64,000 nt of DNA from an uncultured Clostridia bacterium. Its GTDB lineage: Bacteria; Bacillota; Clostridia; TANB77; CAG-508. The position numbers and the translations under genes are program-made. The notes below the pieces were generated by a model. It was given only the letters and a program-made list of their open reading frames with translations. It was not told the DNA's origin and did not search any database. This document shows, one piece after another, positions 1 to 8,935 of the stretch; the first letter of the stretch is position 1; the number at the start of each line of letters is the position of its first letter. The DNA is taken from positions 20,967 to 84,966 of the forward strand of contig CAKPNJ010000001.1 in the NCBI GenBank assembly GCA_934168365.1. The letters run 5' to 3'.

Positions 1-2
1 TA

Positions 3-647
3 AGTTATATATTCTTAGGAGGAAAATGTAGATATTGCAAACAAAAAATACGCCCAAGATATTTCTTATTAGAACTTACATCAGGCATAGTTTTTGTTTT
101 ATTTGCTGTATCTTTAAAACTTGATATATTACATACAAATATAAATACATGGATTCATTTTATATTTGCAATATTATATTTAGCAAGTTTATTTATTATT
201 GCTGGAATAGATAAGGAAAAAATCCAAATTCAAAAATCAGTTTTATTATTTGGATTCATAATACAAGCTATATATATAATTTATCTATATATAGTAGAAG
301 AAAACTTTAATATATATAGATATGTTATATATCTAATAATTATATGTATACTAATGATAATAGATATATGGATATTAAGAAAAAATGCAAAAAACAGTTA
401 TATTATAGAAAATTTATTACTTTGTATGCTTATATTGGGCTATACGTATGAAATAGTTACTATATTAACTATAATATATACATTACTATGTATAGCATTT
501 CAATTGCTATTAAAACAAATAAGTGAAAGAAGAAATAAAACCGTAAAAAAAGATGCAACTGTATCTCGAATTCCAATAGGCTTTTACTTATGTGTGACAA
601 ATATAATATGTTTGATAATAACTAATTTTTATATTTCTGGAATTTAA
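3..647 (+). CDS. pilD: Prepilin (type IV leader) peptidase, A24 family; 5' end cut by window edge
   Basis: The frame is open from the window start and reads ...GKCRYCKQKIRPRYFLLE (PilD Cys-rich / RYPxxE-like motif). The body is multi-TM, with first catalytic Asp context IIAGIDKEKIQI and C-terminal IPIGFYL (compare IPFGPFL). It lies directly upstream of the pilin-like genes and pilBTC. The ORF track shows only the part after an internal Met (354..647). Confidence 0.8.
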   Translation, partial: SYIFLGGKCRYCKQKIRPRYFLLELTSGIVFVLFAVSLKLDILHTNINTWIHFIFAILYLASLFIIAGIDKEKIQIQKSVLLFGFIIQAIYIIYLYIVEENFNIYRYVIYLIIICILMIIDIWILRKNAKNSYIIENLLLCMLILGYTYEIVTILTIIYTLLCIAFQLLLKQISERRNKTVKKDATVSRIPIGFYLCVTNIICLIITNFYISGI

Positions 648-687
648 GTAATTTTCAGAGACAATAAAAATATTATAAGAGGGAAAT

Positions 688-1104
688 ATGAAGAGAAAAA
701 TCATTTTAAAACTAAAGTCTTGTAAAGGCTTTACAATGGAAGATTTAACAATTGCAATTGCGATTTTTACCGTATTTGCAGGAATAGTTGGAGCCTTTAT
801 GTTAGCTACATTTAAAGTTCAGTCTAATAGTCAAGTAGATGAAGTGGCTACTATTTATGCAGTTCAAATAGCTGAATATATAGATAAAATTAGCTTTGAA
901 GAAGTAGAAAGTGGAATAGGAGATGAATTGGCTACTAGGTTTAATGTTCCAACTAATTTTACAGTTACTGTAGATGTTTCAGACTATCGACCTGTAGGGG
1001 AAACTGAGTCATATGTAAAAGATGTTGATATAAATGTAGAGTATAGCTTTAGAAATGATTCGAGAAATGTTAGATTTAAAAGATTAAAAATAAAAGAAAT
1101 GTAA
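688..1104 (+). CDS. Type IV pilin-like / pseudopilin protein
   Basis: The N-terminus KSCKG|FTMEDLTIAIAIFTVFAGIV resembles a class III signal peptide (KG|FT...E/D plus a hydrophobic helix). RBS agagggaaat lies upstream. It sits in the pilus cluster. Confidence 0.6.
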   Translation: MKRKIILKLKSCKGFTMEDLTIAIAIFTVFAGIVGAFMLATFKVQSNSQVDEVATIYAVQIAEYIDKISFEEVESGIGDELATRFNVPTNFTVTVDVSDYRPVGETESYVKDVDINVEYSFRNDSRNVRFKRLKIKEM

Positions 1105-1117
1105 GGAGAGTTTAGCT

Positions 1118-1552
1118 ATGAGATCAGAGAGTGGTGTTACATTAACGGCCTTAATTATATATATGATTATAGCTACAGTAATAATAACTGGCATGGCTAT
1201 GCTAAGTTCATACTTTTATAATAATATGAGTTTAATAAAGACTGATAGTACCTATGTTGTGGAATATAATAAGTTTAATATGTTTTTTATACAAGATGTA
1301 AAAACAAACCAAAAGGCAGATGTTGTTACAGATACTATTACTTTTGGTGACGGAACAGAATATCAATATAAAGAAGGAAAAATATATCGTAATAATGAAG
1401 AGATTGCAACAAACATAAAAAGTGCCATGTTTTCACTTGACACATATGTGGTAAAAAATACTACTAAAAGTGTAATAACTGTCAGCTTAGACATTGGAGA
1501 AAAAGACAAGTCATATAAAAAGACAATTGAGTATGTATTAAAATACTGGTAA
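1118..1552 (+). CDS. Minor pilin-like protein (no Glu at +5)
   Basis: N-terminus MRSESG|VTLTALIIYMIIATVIITG is followed by a soluble domain. RBS aaggagag lies upstream. Position is between a pilin-like gene and pilB. Confidence 0.45.
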   Translation: MRSESGVTLTALIIYMIIATVIITGMAMLSSYFYNNMSLIKTDSTYVVEYNKFNMFFIQDVKTNQKADVVTDTITFGDGTEYQYKEGKIYRNNEEIATNIKSAMFSLDTYVVKNTTKSVITVSLDIGEKDKSYKKTIEYVLKYW

Positions 1553-1644
1553 ATTAATGTAAATTAAAAAAATATATATGTATTTAAATAATTTTATAGT
1601 ATAATAAGTATAGACTAAGGAAAAAAGTGAAAGGAGAATTACGG

Positions 1645-3267
1645 ATGGATAAAAGACAACCAATAGGAATAGAGTTAGTAAAAAGAGGAATTGTAAAAGA
1701 AGATGATATAGAACAAGCTTTAGATTACCAAAAGACTCATCCAAATAAAAAGATAGGAGATATATTAGATATATTAGGCCTATGTGATTCAAATATTTTA
1801 ATAGCAGCTATTGGAGATATATTAGATGAAAAAGCTATATACTTGATAGAAAAAGATATTAGAATAGACATATTAGAATATATTTCATTAGATTTAGTAA
1901 AACAAAATAAAGCAATTCCATTTGAACTCTCATCAGGAAAAATTAAAGTTTGTTTTGCAGATACATCTAATAAGAGATCTGTAGATGTTATTAGACTTTT
2001 ATTACTAAATAAAGGCTTAGTAATGGAAAAATATATAACATTTGAAACAAATATTGATAGAATTATAGATTCATTAGAAGGAGCAGTTTCTGATAATATT
2101 GATACAAATGCAGATATTTCAGGATTAGTTGATAGTATTATAAAAACAGCTATGGAGAAAAGAGCTAGTGATATACATATAGAACCACTTGAAAAGTCAC
2201 TAAGGGTTAGATATAGAATTGATGGACAATTAGTTACTGCTGCTCAAATTGAAAAAGAAAAGCAAACCCAAATAATAGGAAGGTTAAAAGCAATTTCTAA
2301 TATGCATCAAGAGAAACAGGAATCACAAGATGGTAGAATACTAGCTTATCCAGATTATAATATCCGTGTTTCTTCACAAAAAAATGTATATGGTGAAAAA
2401 TTTGTATTGAGATTACTAAAAAAGAATGATGATATTCGTCAGATATTTGATTTAGGTTTCCCAAGTGATGAAAAGCTTGTTAAAAAATGTTTTAATAAGA
2501 GAAACAGTATTACAATTGTTGCAGCACCAACTGGAGAAGGTAAAACAACAACATTATATAGTATTATAGATTACTTAAATAGACCTCAAATAAACATTAC
2601 CACAATTGAGGACCCTGTTGAAATAAGAATAGATGGATTAAACCAAATAGAAATAGATGCCAAAACAACATTTTCGGATTCTTTAAGAACAGTATTAAGA
2701 CAAGATCCTGATATTATATTAGTAGGAGAAATTCGTGATAAAGAGACAGCTGAAATAGCTATGCAAGCTGGACAAACAGGTCACTATGTATTGTCAACTA
2801 TACATACAATTGATAGTATAGAGGTTATTACTAGACTTAGAAAAATGGGAATGTCAAATTACGATATTGCAAGTATTTTAGCTACTTCGGTATCACAAAG
2901 ATTGGTAAGAAAAGTTTGCCCATATTGTGCTAAAAAGAGAGATTTTACAGAAGAAGAAAAAGATATAATAAATAAAATAGGCGAAAAATATGATATAAAA
3001 TTTGACTTAACAGACAAGCAAACTTATGAAATAGTTGGATGTAAAAAATGTAATCAAAGTGGATATCTTGACAGAATAGGCATATTTGAAGTTTTAACTA
3101 TAGATGATGAAATAAAAGATTTGATTTCTAGAGATGCTTCTAGTATGGAAATTAGAAAAAAAGCACTAGAATTAGGATATAAGCCACTTTTAGTAGATGG
3201 AATAAATAAGGTTGTAAGGGGAATTACTACACTAGATGAAATAAATAATAAACTTATAATTTATTAA
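1645..3267 (+). CDS. pilB: Type IV pilus assembly ATPase PilB (GspE family)
   Basis: Walker A is AAPTGEGKTTTL. Asp/His boxes and the tetracysteine motif CPYC...CKKC are present, plus an N-terminal T2SSE_N-like domain. ATG at 1645 lies 6 nt after RBS aaaggaga, so the GTG at 1627 in the track is probably not the start. Confidence 0.9.
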   Translation: MDKRQPIGIELVKRGIVKEDDIEQALDYQKTHPNKKIGDILDILGLCDSNILIAAIGDILDEKAIYLIEKDIRIDILEYISLDLVKQNKAIPFELSSGKIKVCFADTSNKRSVDVIRLLLLNKGLVMEKYITFETNIDRIIDSLEGAVSDNIDTNADISGLVDSIIKTAMEKRASDIHIEPLEKSLRVRYRIDGQLVTAAQIEKEKQTQIIGRLKAISNMHQEKQESQDGRILAYPDYNIRVSSQKNVYGEKFVLRLLKKNDDIRQIFDLGFPSDEKLVKKCFNKRNSITIVAAPTGEGKTTTLYSIIDYLNRPQINITTIEDPVEIRIDGLNQIEIDAKTTFSDSLRTVLRQDPDIILVGEIRDKETAEIAMQAGQTGHYVLSTIHTIDSIEVITRLRKMGMSNYDIASILATSVSQRLVRKVCPYCAKKRDFTEEEKDIINKIGEKYDIKFDLTDKQTYEIVGCKKCNQSGYLDRIGIFEVLTIDDEIKDLISRDASSMEIRKKALELGYKPLLVDGINKVVRGITTLDEINNKLIIY

Positions 3268-3286
3268 AAAACATAGGAGGAAAATC

Positions 3287-4414
3287 ATGGTCGATATAGA
3301 TAAAATTTTAAAAATTGCAATAGAAAAGGATGCTTCAGATATACACTTAATAGGAGGAATAAAACCATATTTAAGAATAAGAAGAGATTTAGTTGATATA
3401 GAAGAGTTTGAAGTGCTAACAGATGAGGATATGTTTGAAATATATGATTATTTTGTTAGAGGAAATGTTGATAAAGATGGAGTATTTAAAGAAGAAAAGA
3501 AGTTAGATTCATCTTATGAATTTGAAGGTACCAGAATAAGGGTAAATATTTCAATGTCAGATGATTTACCAACAGTGGTATTGAGATTGATAAAAAGCAC
3601 TTTGCCAAGATATGAGGACTTGGGAGTACCAGATATTGTTAGAAGAATGATGAGTCAACCACAAGGACTAATACTTGTAACTGGAAAAACAAACTCTGGA
3701 AAAACTACAACATTAAATGCTTTAATAAATGAAGTAAATGAAAATGAAAATAAAAAAATATTATCACTTGAGAGCCCAGTTGAATATAAACACAAATGCA
3801 AAAAATCAATAATTGTTCAAAAAGAGGTTGGAGTAGGTAGAGACTGTCCAGACTATAGTAGCGGTGTAAAGAACTGTTTAAGAGAGGACTGTGACATTCT
3901 AATAATCGGAGAGATTCGTGATAGAGAAACAATGGATGCAGCAATAGAAACAGCAGAAGCAGGTCACTTAGTAATTGGAACACTACACACAAAATCTTGT
4001 GCAGAGACTATTGATAGAATGATAAACTTTTATGATATTAGAGATCAACAAACAATAAAATACTTAATTGCATCTTTGCTAAAATTAGTTGTATCACAAA
4101 GATTATTAAAAGGAAGAGATAACTCACTTGTTTTAGTTCCAGAAGTAATGGTAGTAGATAATACAATAGCTGGTGTAATAAGAAAAGACAAGCTTGGAGT
4201 TTCTGAAATTGAAGATGCTATACAAAGTGCTTCAGAAAAAGGAAGTATTGGTTTAATAAATTCACTTGCACAATTATTTGTAGATGACAAAATATCACTA
4301 GATCAAGCTAAAGCACAAATTGAAGAAAAGAATATTGAAGTTTTAAATAGAACGATCATGCAATTGAAAATAAAAAAAGAAAACGAGGGCAAAAGGCTTA
4401 ACATGCAAAGCTAG
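3287..4414 (+). CDS. pilT: Twitching-motility / retraction ATPase PilT
   Basis: N-terminus ASDIHL...; Walker A GKTNSGKTTTL; GEIRD motif; about 375 aa, as for PilT; RBS aggagga. Confidence 0.9.
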   Translation: MVDIDKILKIAIEKDASDIHLIGGIKPYLRIRRDLVDIEEFEVLTDEDMFEIYDYFVRGNVDKDGVFKEEKKLDSSYEFEGTRIRVNISMSDDLPTVVLRLIKSTLPRYEDLGVPDIVRRMMSQPQGLILVTGKTNSGKTTTLNALINEVNENENKKILSLESPVEYKHKCKKSIIVQKEVGVGRDCPDYSSGVKNCLREDCDILIIGEIRDRETMDAAIETAEAGHLVIGTLHTKSCAETIDRMINFYDIRDQQTIKYLIASLLKLVVSQRLLKGRDNSLVLVPEVMVVDNTIAGVIRKDKLGVSEIEDAIQSASEKGSIGLINSLAQLFVDDKISLDQAKAQIEEKNIEVLNRTIMQLKIKKENEGKRLNMQS

Positions 4415-4428
4415 AGAGGAGGTAGAAT

Positions 4429-5778
4429 ATGCCTGAATATGTATATAGAGCTGTAACTAAAAGAGGGCAGATTGTACGAAACAAGGTAGAAGAATCTAGT
4501 AAAAATAACTTAGTAAAAAAATTAAAATCAAATGATTTGTTACCTATAGAAGTTATACAAGTTAGCTACAAAAGTAGAAAAACTAAGGTGCCAAAAAAGA
4601 ATATTCTAGATATTGACGATATCATGAAAACAGCCAACTCTGCTAGTGTACTTCAAGGTAGAGAAGATTATAGGCCAAGCACTAGAGAAAAGATTAACTT
4701 AATTTTGGCGGCTGGACAAAAAATAACAATAAGAGATGTTATTATATTTACTCAAAATTTTTACTTGTTGAAAAGGGCAGATTTTAACAATATACATGCT
4801 CTAAGTACAATAATAAATAGTACAGAAAACTTATCATTTAAAGGAATATTAGAGGACATATTAGCAGGTGTAGAAAGTGGAGAATATATGTATACAACAA
4901 TGGAGTATTATTCTAATATATTTCCATATGTGTATATCAATATGATAAAAGTAGGAGAACTTTCAGGTTCACTTACCACTTCATTACAACAAGCAGTTGA
5001 ATATCTAGAAGATACAACTACAAGAAGCAAAAAGATAAAGAAAATCTTAATACCTAATTTGTTACAATTTGTGGGTATATTTCTATTATTGATTGGTGGA
5101 ACTATATTTATATTACCAGAAATTCAAAAAGTATTCCAATCAATAGGAAATGGTGTTGACTTGCCAGGACCAACATTATGGTTTATGGGAGTTGTAGATA
5201 ATCTGGGTAAAACCTGGTATATTCCTATAGCAATACTTGGAATTATAGTATTATTGATTATGGGATACATAAACACACCTAAGGGAAAATACAATTGGCA
5301 TTACTTTAAATATAAAGCACCGGTATTTGGAAGGCTTATATTTGGAATAGATTTCTCAAGACTTATGAGAGCAATGTTGTTAAACCTAAAGAACGGTATG
5401 AGAATACAAGAAGCATTAGAAGTTAGTAAATCAGTTATAAAAAATTACGTTTTACTATCTATTGTAGAAACATCTATAAACAATATCTTAATAGGTGCTT
5501 CATGGATTGAACCATTTGAAAAATCAGGATTATGTACTTCTATGGAAGTAGAAATGTTAAAAATAGGTATGCAAACTGATCTTCCAGATATGATGGACAA
5601 ATTATTAAACTATATGGATGTAGATATTCAAAATAGTTTAAATAGAATTATGAAAGTACTTCCAGAAATTTCGTATTTATTTGTTGGTGTATTATTGATT
5701 TTCCTTGTTATAGTTTTACTTGTACCATGTATCAACTTATATATGGGTGGATTTATGATGGAAGGTTTAGGAGTATAA
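4429..5778 (+). CDS. pilC: Type IV pilus inner-membrane platform protein PilC (GspF family)
   Basis: Two GspF-like repeats, three TM segments and the typical MEYYSNIFP / MLKIGMQTD regions. It follows pilT. Confidence 0.9.
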   Translation: MPEYVYRAVTKRGQIVRNKVEESSKNNLVKKLKSNDLLPIEVIQVSYKSRKTKVPKKNILDIDDIMKTANSASVLQGREDYRPSTREKINLILAAGQKITIRDVIIFTQNFYLLKRADFNNIHALSTIINSTENLSFKGILEDILAGVESGEYMYTTMEYYSNIFPYVYINMIKVGELSGSLTTSLQQAVEYLEDTTTRSKKIKKILIPNLLQFVGIFLLLIGGTIFILPEIQKVFQSIGNGVDLPGPTLWFMGVVDNLGKTWYIPIAILGIIVLLIMGYINTPKGKYNWHYFKYKAPVFGRLIFGIDFSRLMRAMLLNLKNGMRIQEALEVSKSVIKNYVLLSIVETSINNILIGASWIEPFEKSGLCTSMEVEMLKIGMQTDLPDMMDKLLNYMDVDIQNSLNRIMKVLPEISYLFVGVLLIFLVIVLLVPCINLYMGGFMMEGLGV

Positions 5779-5782
5779 GAGC

Positions 5783-5820
5783 AAAAGTGAAAATTTTAAT
5801 TTTCACTTTTGTTTTGTTTT
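5783..5820 (+). terminator. Rho-independent terminator after pilC
   Basis: aaaagtgaaaatt / aattttcactttt forms a 13-nt perfect inverted repeat followed by gttttgtttt. Confidence 0.75.
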
Positions 5821-5843
5821 TCAATATTATGAAGGAGAAATGT

Positions 5844-6731
5844 ATGAAAATAGGAATTGATATGGGCGGAAGCCATGTTGCTATAGGAGTAGTAAACGAA
5901 AATGGAGAAATTGTAGAAAAATTTGAAAAAGATATAAAAACAATAGGAGATGATGCTAAAAATGAAATATCAAGCTATGTTATAGAATGTGTATCTAAAA
6001 TTATAGAAAAATACAACATAGAAAAGATTGGAATTGGAGCACCAGGAACTCCTAGAAATGGAATACTAACATACCTTATAAACTTAGAAATAAAAGAATT
6101 TGATATTACATCTATTTTAAAAGAGCATTTTGACATACCTGTAAAGTTAAAGAATGACGCTAAATGTGCAGGTTTAGCTGAAAAAACATATGGAGCATTA
6201 AAGGAATATCAAGATGCAGTATTTTTATGTTTAGGAACTGGTATTGGAGCAAGTGTATTTATGAATGGTAAGGAATTACAACCAATACAAAATCCTGGAA
6301 TGGAAATAGGTCATATGATAATTGATAAGAATGGAATTAAATGTAATTGTGGAAAAAAAGGATGTTTTGAAACGTATTGTTCTATAAAAAGGTTAAAAGA
6401 TAAATTGATAAATGAAATGAATTTGTCAGAAAAAATATCTTCAAAAGAGTTATTAGAAATTTTGAAATTAAGATATCAGGAGGAAAATGTTAAGAGGATA
6501 TTAGACGAATATATGGATAATTTAAATATTGGATTATCAAATATTATAGACATATTCGCACCACAAGCAATATGCTTAGGTGGAGGATTTGTTTATTTTG
6601 AAGAGGTGTTATATAAAACATTTTTAGAAAAATACTATAATGAAAGAAAAGCTTTTTATAAAGATGAAATTCCAGATATAAAATTAGCAGTGCTTGGCAA
6701 TGATGCAGGAATTATTGGAGCAACTATTTGA
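5844..6731 (+). CDS. glcK: ROK-family glucokinase
   Basis: MKIGIDMGGSHV (ATP-binding DxGG); ROK zinc motif CNCGKKGCFETYCS; C-terminal GNDAGIIGA. RBS gaaggaga lies before the ATG at 5844. The track ORF start at 5727 overlaps pilC and the terminator. Confidence 0.8.
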   Translation: MKIGIDMGGSHVAIGVVNENGEIVEKFEKDIKTIGDDAKNEISSYVIECVSKIIEKYNIEKIGIGAPGTPRNGILTYLINLEIKEFDITSILKEHFDIPVKLKNDAKCAGLAEKTYGALKEYQDAVFLCLGTGIGASVFMNGKELQPIQNPGMEIGHMIIDKNGIKCNCGKKGCFETYCSIKRLKDKLINEMNLSEKISSKELLEILKLRYQEENVKRILDEYMDNLNIGLSNIIDIFAPQAICLGGGFVYFEEVLYKTFLEKYYNERKAFYKDEIPDIKLAVLGNDAGIIGATI

Positions 6732-6756
6732 CAAAGGTAAGAAAAAATAGTATAAT
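6728..6756 (+). promoter_or_regulatory. Consensus sigma-A-type promoter for rnj
   Basis: TTGACA, 17 nt, TATAAT exactly. It would give a 5' UTR of about 230 nt ahead of RNase J. Confidence 0.6.
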
Positions 6757-6988
6757 AATTAACAGTTGTTACCAATTATGGTAAAGAAGAGATTTATATT
6801 GTTTATTATAAGAGCGGATTTTAAATTAAAATAGAAACTTAAAAAATATATTTTAGAGCGGAAAAGGAAATATATTTAAAAGTTTTGGATAAAATATCTG
6901 TGCAAAAGCTACAGATATATTATTGTTGATGTAATAAATAAAATAATGAGAAAAACAACAATTTAAAAAAGAAGGAGAGAAATTTTTA

Positions 6989-8878
6989 ATGACAAATGAA
7001 TTAAAACAAAAGGATACTAGACAAAAAGAGAGTACTGAGAGAAGAGAGAAAAAAGGATACTCAGTTAGAAAAAACAACAGAGTTAATCAAAACAAAAAAG
7101 AAATAGAAGGAGAAAAAAAGGCCACAGTAGAAAAGAAAAGACCTACTACAAAAAGAAATACAAATACTAGAACAAGAAATAATAGGTCAACTAACAAAGA
7201 AATTATGCAATTTAATTTCAAAAAAACTAACTTGAAAATCATCCCATTAGGTGGATTACAAGAAATAGGAAAAAATATTACAGTTTTTGAATATGAAGAT
7301 GAGATAATATTAGTAGACTGTGGATTAGAGTTCCCAGGAAATGATATGCTAGGTGTAGACTTAGTAATACCTGATATAACATACTTACTAAAAAATCAGG
7401 AAAAGGTAAAAGGATTAGTTATAACACACGGACATGAGGACCATATTGGAGCAATACCATATATATTAAAACAAATTAACATTCCAATATATGCTACTAG
7501 ACTAACAGTATCGTTAATAAAAAATAAATTAGAAGAACATAATTTAGTAAATACTACAAAATTAAACATTGTAGAACAAGGTCAAACAGTTAAATTTAAA
7601 AATATGCAAGTAGAATTTATTAGCAGTAATCATAGTATTCCAGATGCTGTAATGCTTGCAATTAAAACCCCAGTGGGAACAATACTTCACACAGGTGACT
7701 TTAAAATAGATTATACACCAATAGATGATAAAGTAATTGACTTAAACAGAATTGCAGAATTAGGTAATGAGGGAATTTTAGCATTACTTTCAGATAGTAC
7801 AAACAGCGAAAGAAAAGGATTTACAATGTCTGAGAGCTCTGTTGGAGAAGTATTTGACAAACTATTCTTAAACAATTCAAAAAGAATAGTTGTTGCAACA
7901 TTTGCATCAAATGTGCATCGTGTGCAACAAATAGTAAATTCTTCAATTAAATATGGAAGAAAAATTGCTGTATGTGGTAGAAGTATGATGAATATGATAG
8001 AAGCAGCAATGGAACTTGGTTATATACAAGATGCCGAGAACGTATTTATTGATATTGATAATATCAAAAACTATAGAGATGATCAATTAGTTATTATAAC
8101 TACAGGAAGTCAGGGAGAAGCAATGTCTGCATTAACCAGAATGGCAAATGGAGACCATAAAAAAGTTACTATAACTCCAAATGATATGGTAATAATATCA
8201 GCTACTCCAATTCCGGGAAATGAAAAATACGTATCAAAAGTAATAGATGACCTTATGAAAATAGGGGCAGAGGTTATATATAGCTCACTAGAAGATGTAC
8301 ACGTATCAGGTCATGCATGTCAAGAAGAACAAAAATTGATAATCACTTTAGCAAAACCAAAATTCTTTGTACCAGTACATGGTGAATATAGACAACTTAG
8401 AGCACATGCAGAAACTGCTAAAAAACTAGGAATAGAAGCTAAAAATATATTTATGATGACAAATGGTAGAATATTAGAGCTAAACGAAAATGAAGCAACA
8501 CTTACTACTTCAGTACCAAATGGAAAAGTTTTAGTAGACGGCCTAGGTGTTGGAGACGTTGGAAACATAGTACTTCGTGACAGACAACACTTATCACAAG
8601 ATGGCTTAATAGTTATAGTTGTTGCAATGGATTCAGATACAGGAGAAATAGTATCAGAGCCAGATGTAGTATCAAGAGGATTCGTATATGTTAGAGAATC
8701 AGAAAATTTAATGGATGACATTAAAAGAGTAATTTATGAAGAAGTAAAAAAATGTGAAGAAGGTCACATTACAGACTGGTCAACAATAAAATCAAACCTA
8801 AAAGATACTTTAAGAGATTATATATTTGAAAAAACAAAAAGAAATCCTATGATACTACCAATTATTACCGAAGTTTAA
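6989..8878 (+). CDS. rnj: Ribonuclease J (beta-CASP metallo-beta-lactamase) with a basic N-terminal extension
   Basis: HGHEDHIGA motif, beta-CASP region and C-terminal domain are present. The conserved core starts near MQFNFKKTNLKIIPLGGLQEIGKN. A strong RBS gaaggagag precedes the upstream ATG at 6989. Confidence 0.9.
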   Translation: MTNELKQKDTRQKESTERREKKGYSVRKNNRVNQNKKEIEGEKKATVEKKRPTTKRNTNTRTRNNRSTNKEIMQFNFKKTNLKIIPLGGLQEIGKNITVFEYEDEIILVDCGLEFPGNDMLGVDLVIPDITYLLKNQEKVKGLVITHGHEDHIGAIPYILKQINIPIYATRLTVSLIKNKLEEHNLVNTTKLNIVEQGQTVKFKNMQVEFISSNHSIPDAVMLAIKTPVGTILHTGDFKIDYTPIDDKVIDLNRIAELGNEGILALLSDSTNSERKGFTMSESSVGEVFDKLFLNNSKRIVVATFASNVHRVQQIVNSSIKYGRKIAVCGRSMMNMIEAAMELGYIQDAENVFIDIDNIKNYRDDQLVIITTGSQGEAMSALTRMANGDHKKVTITPNDMVIISATPIPGNEKYVSKVIDDLMKIGAEVIYSSLEDVHVSGHACQEEQKLIITLAKPKFFVPVHGEYRQLRAHAETAKKLGIEAKNIFMMTNGRILELNENEATLTTSVPNGKVLVDGLGVGDVGNIVLRDRQHLSQDGLIVIVVAMDSDTGEIVSEPDVVSRGFVYVRESENLMDDIKRVIYEEVKKCEEGHITDWSTIKSNLKDTLRDYIFEKTKRNPMILPIITEV

Positions 8879-8935
8879 TTATTTCAAAATTAAACATTTA
8901 GAATTAAATTATTTTGAAAAGGGGAAGAGTAAAAA

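Noticed and set aside
1538-1792. Many antisense or overlapping ORFs in the six-frame track. Examples: 1538..1792, 3705..3992, 4045..4290, 8320..8721, 14286..14489, 16519..16815, 17997..18464, 28869..29399, 34540..34842, 39368..39814, 56086..56517 and 61619..61969.
   Set aside because: They lie opposite long, well-supported genes and lack Shine-Dalgarno sequences. They translate to low-complexity Leu/Phe/Ser/Ile-rich strings, as expected for the reverse strand of AT-rich, Lys/Glu-rich coding DNA. None carries a recognisable motif.
5727-5843. N-terminal extension of the ROK kinase ORF that overlaps pilC.
   Set aside because: The extension spans the pilC stop and a strong terminator hairpin. 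A good RBS and the conserved MKIGIDMGG start are at 5844.
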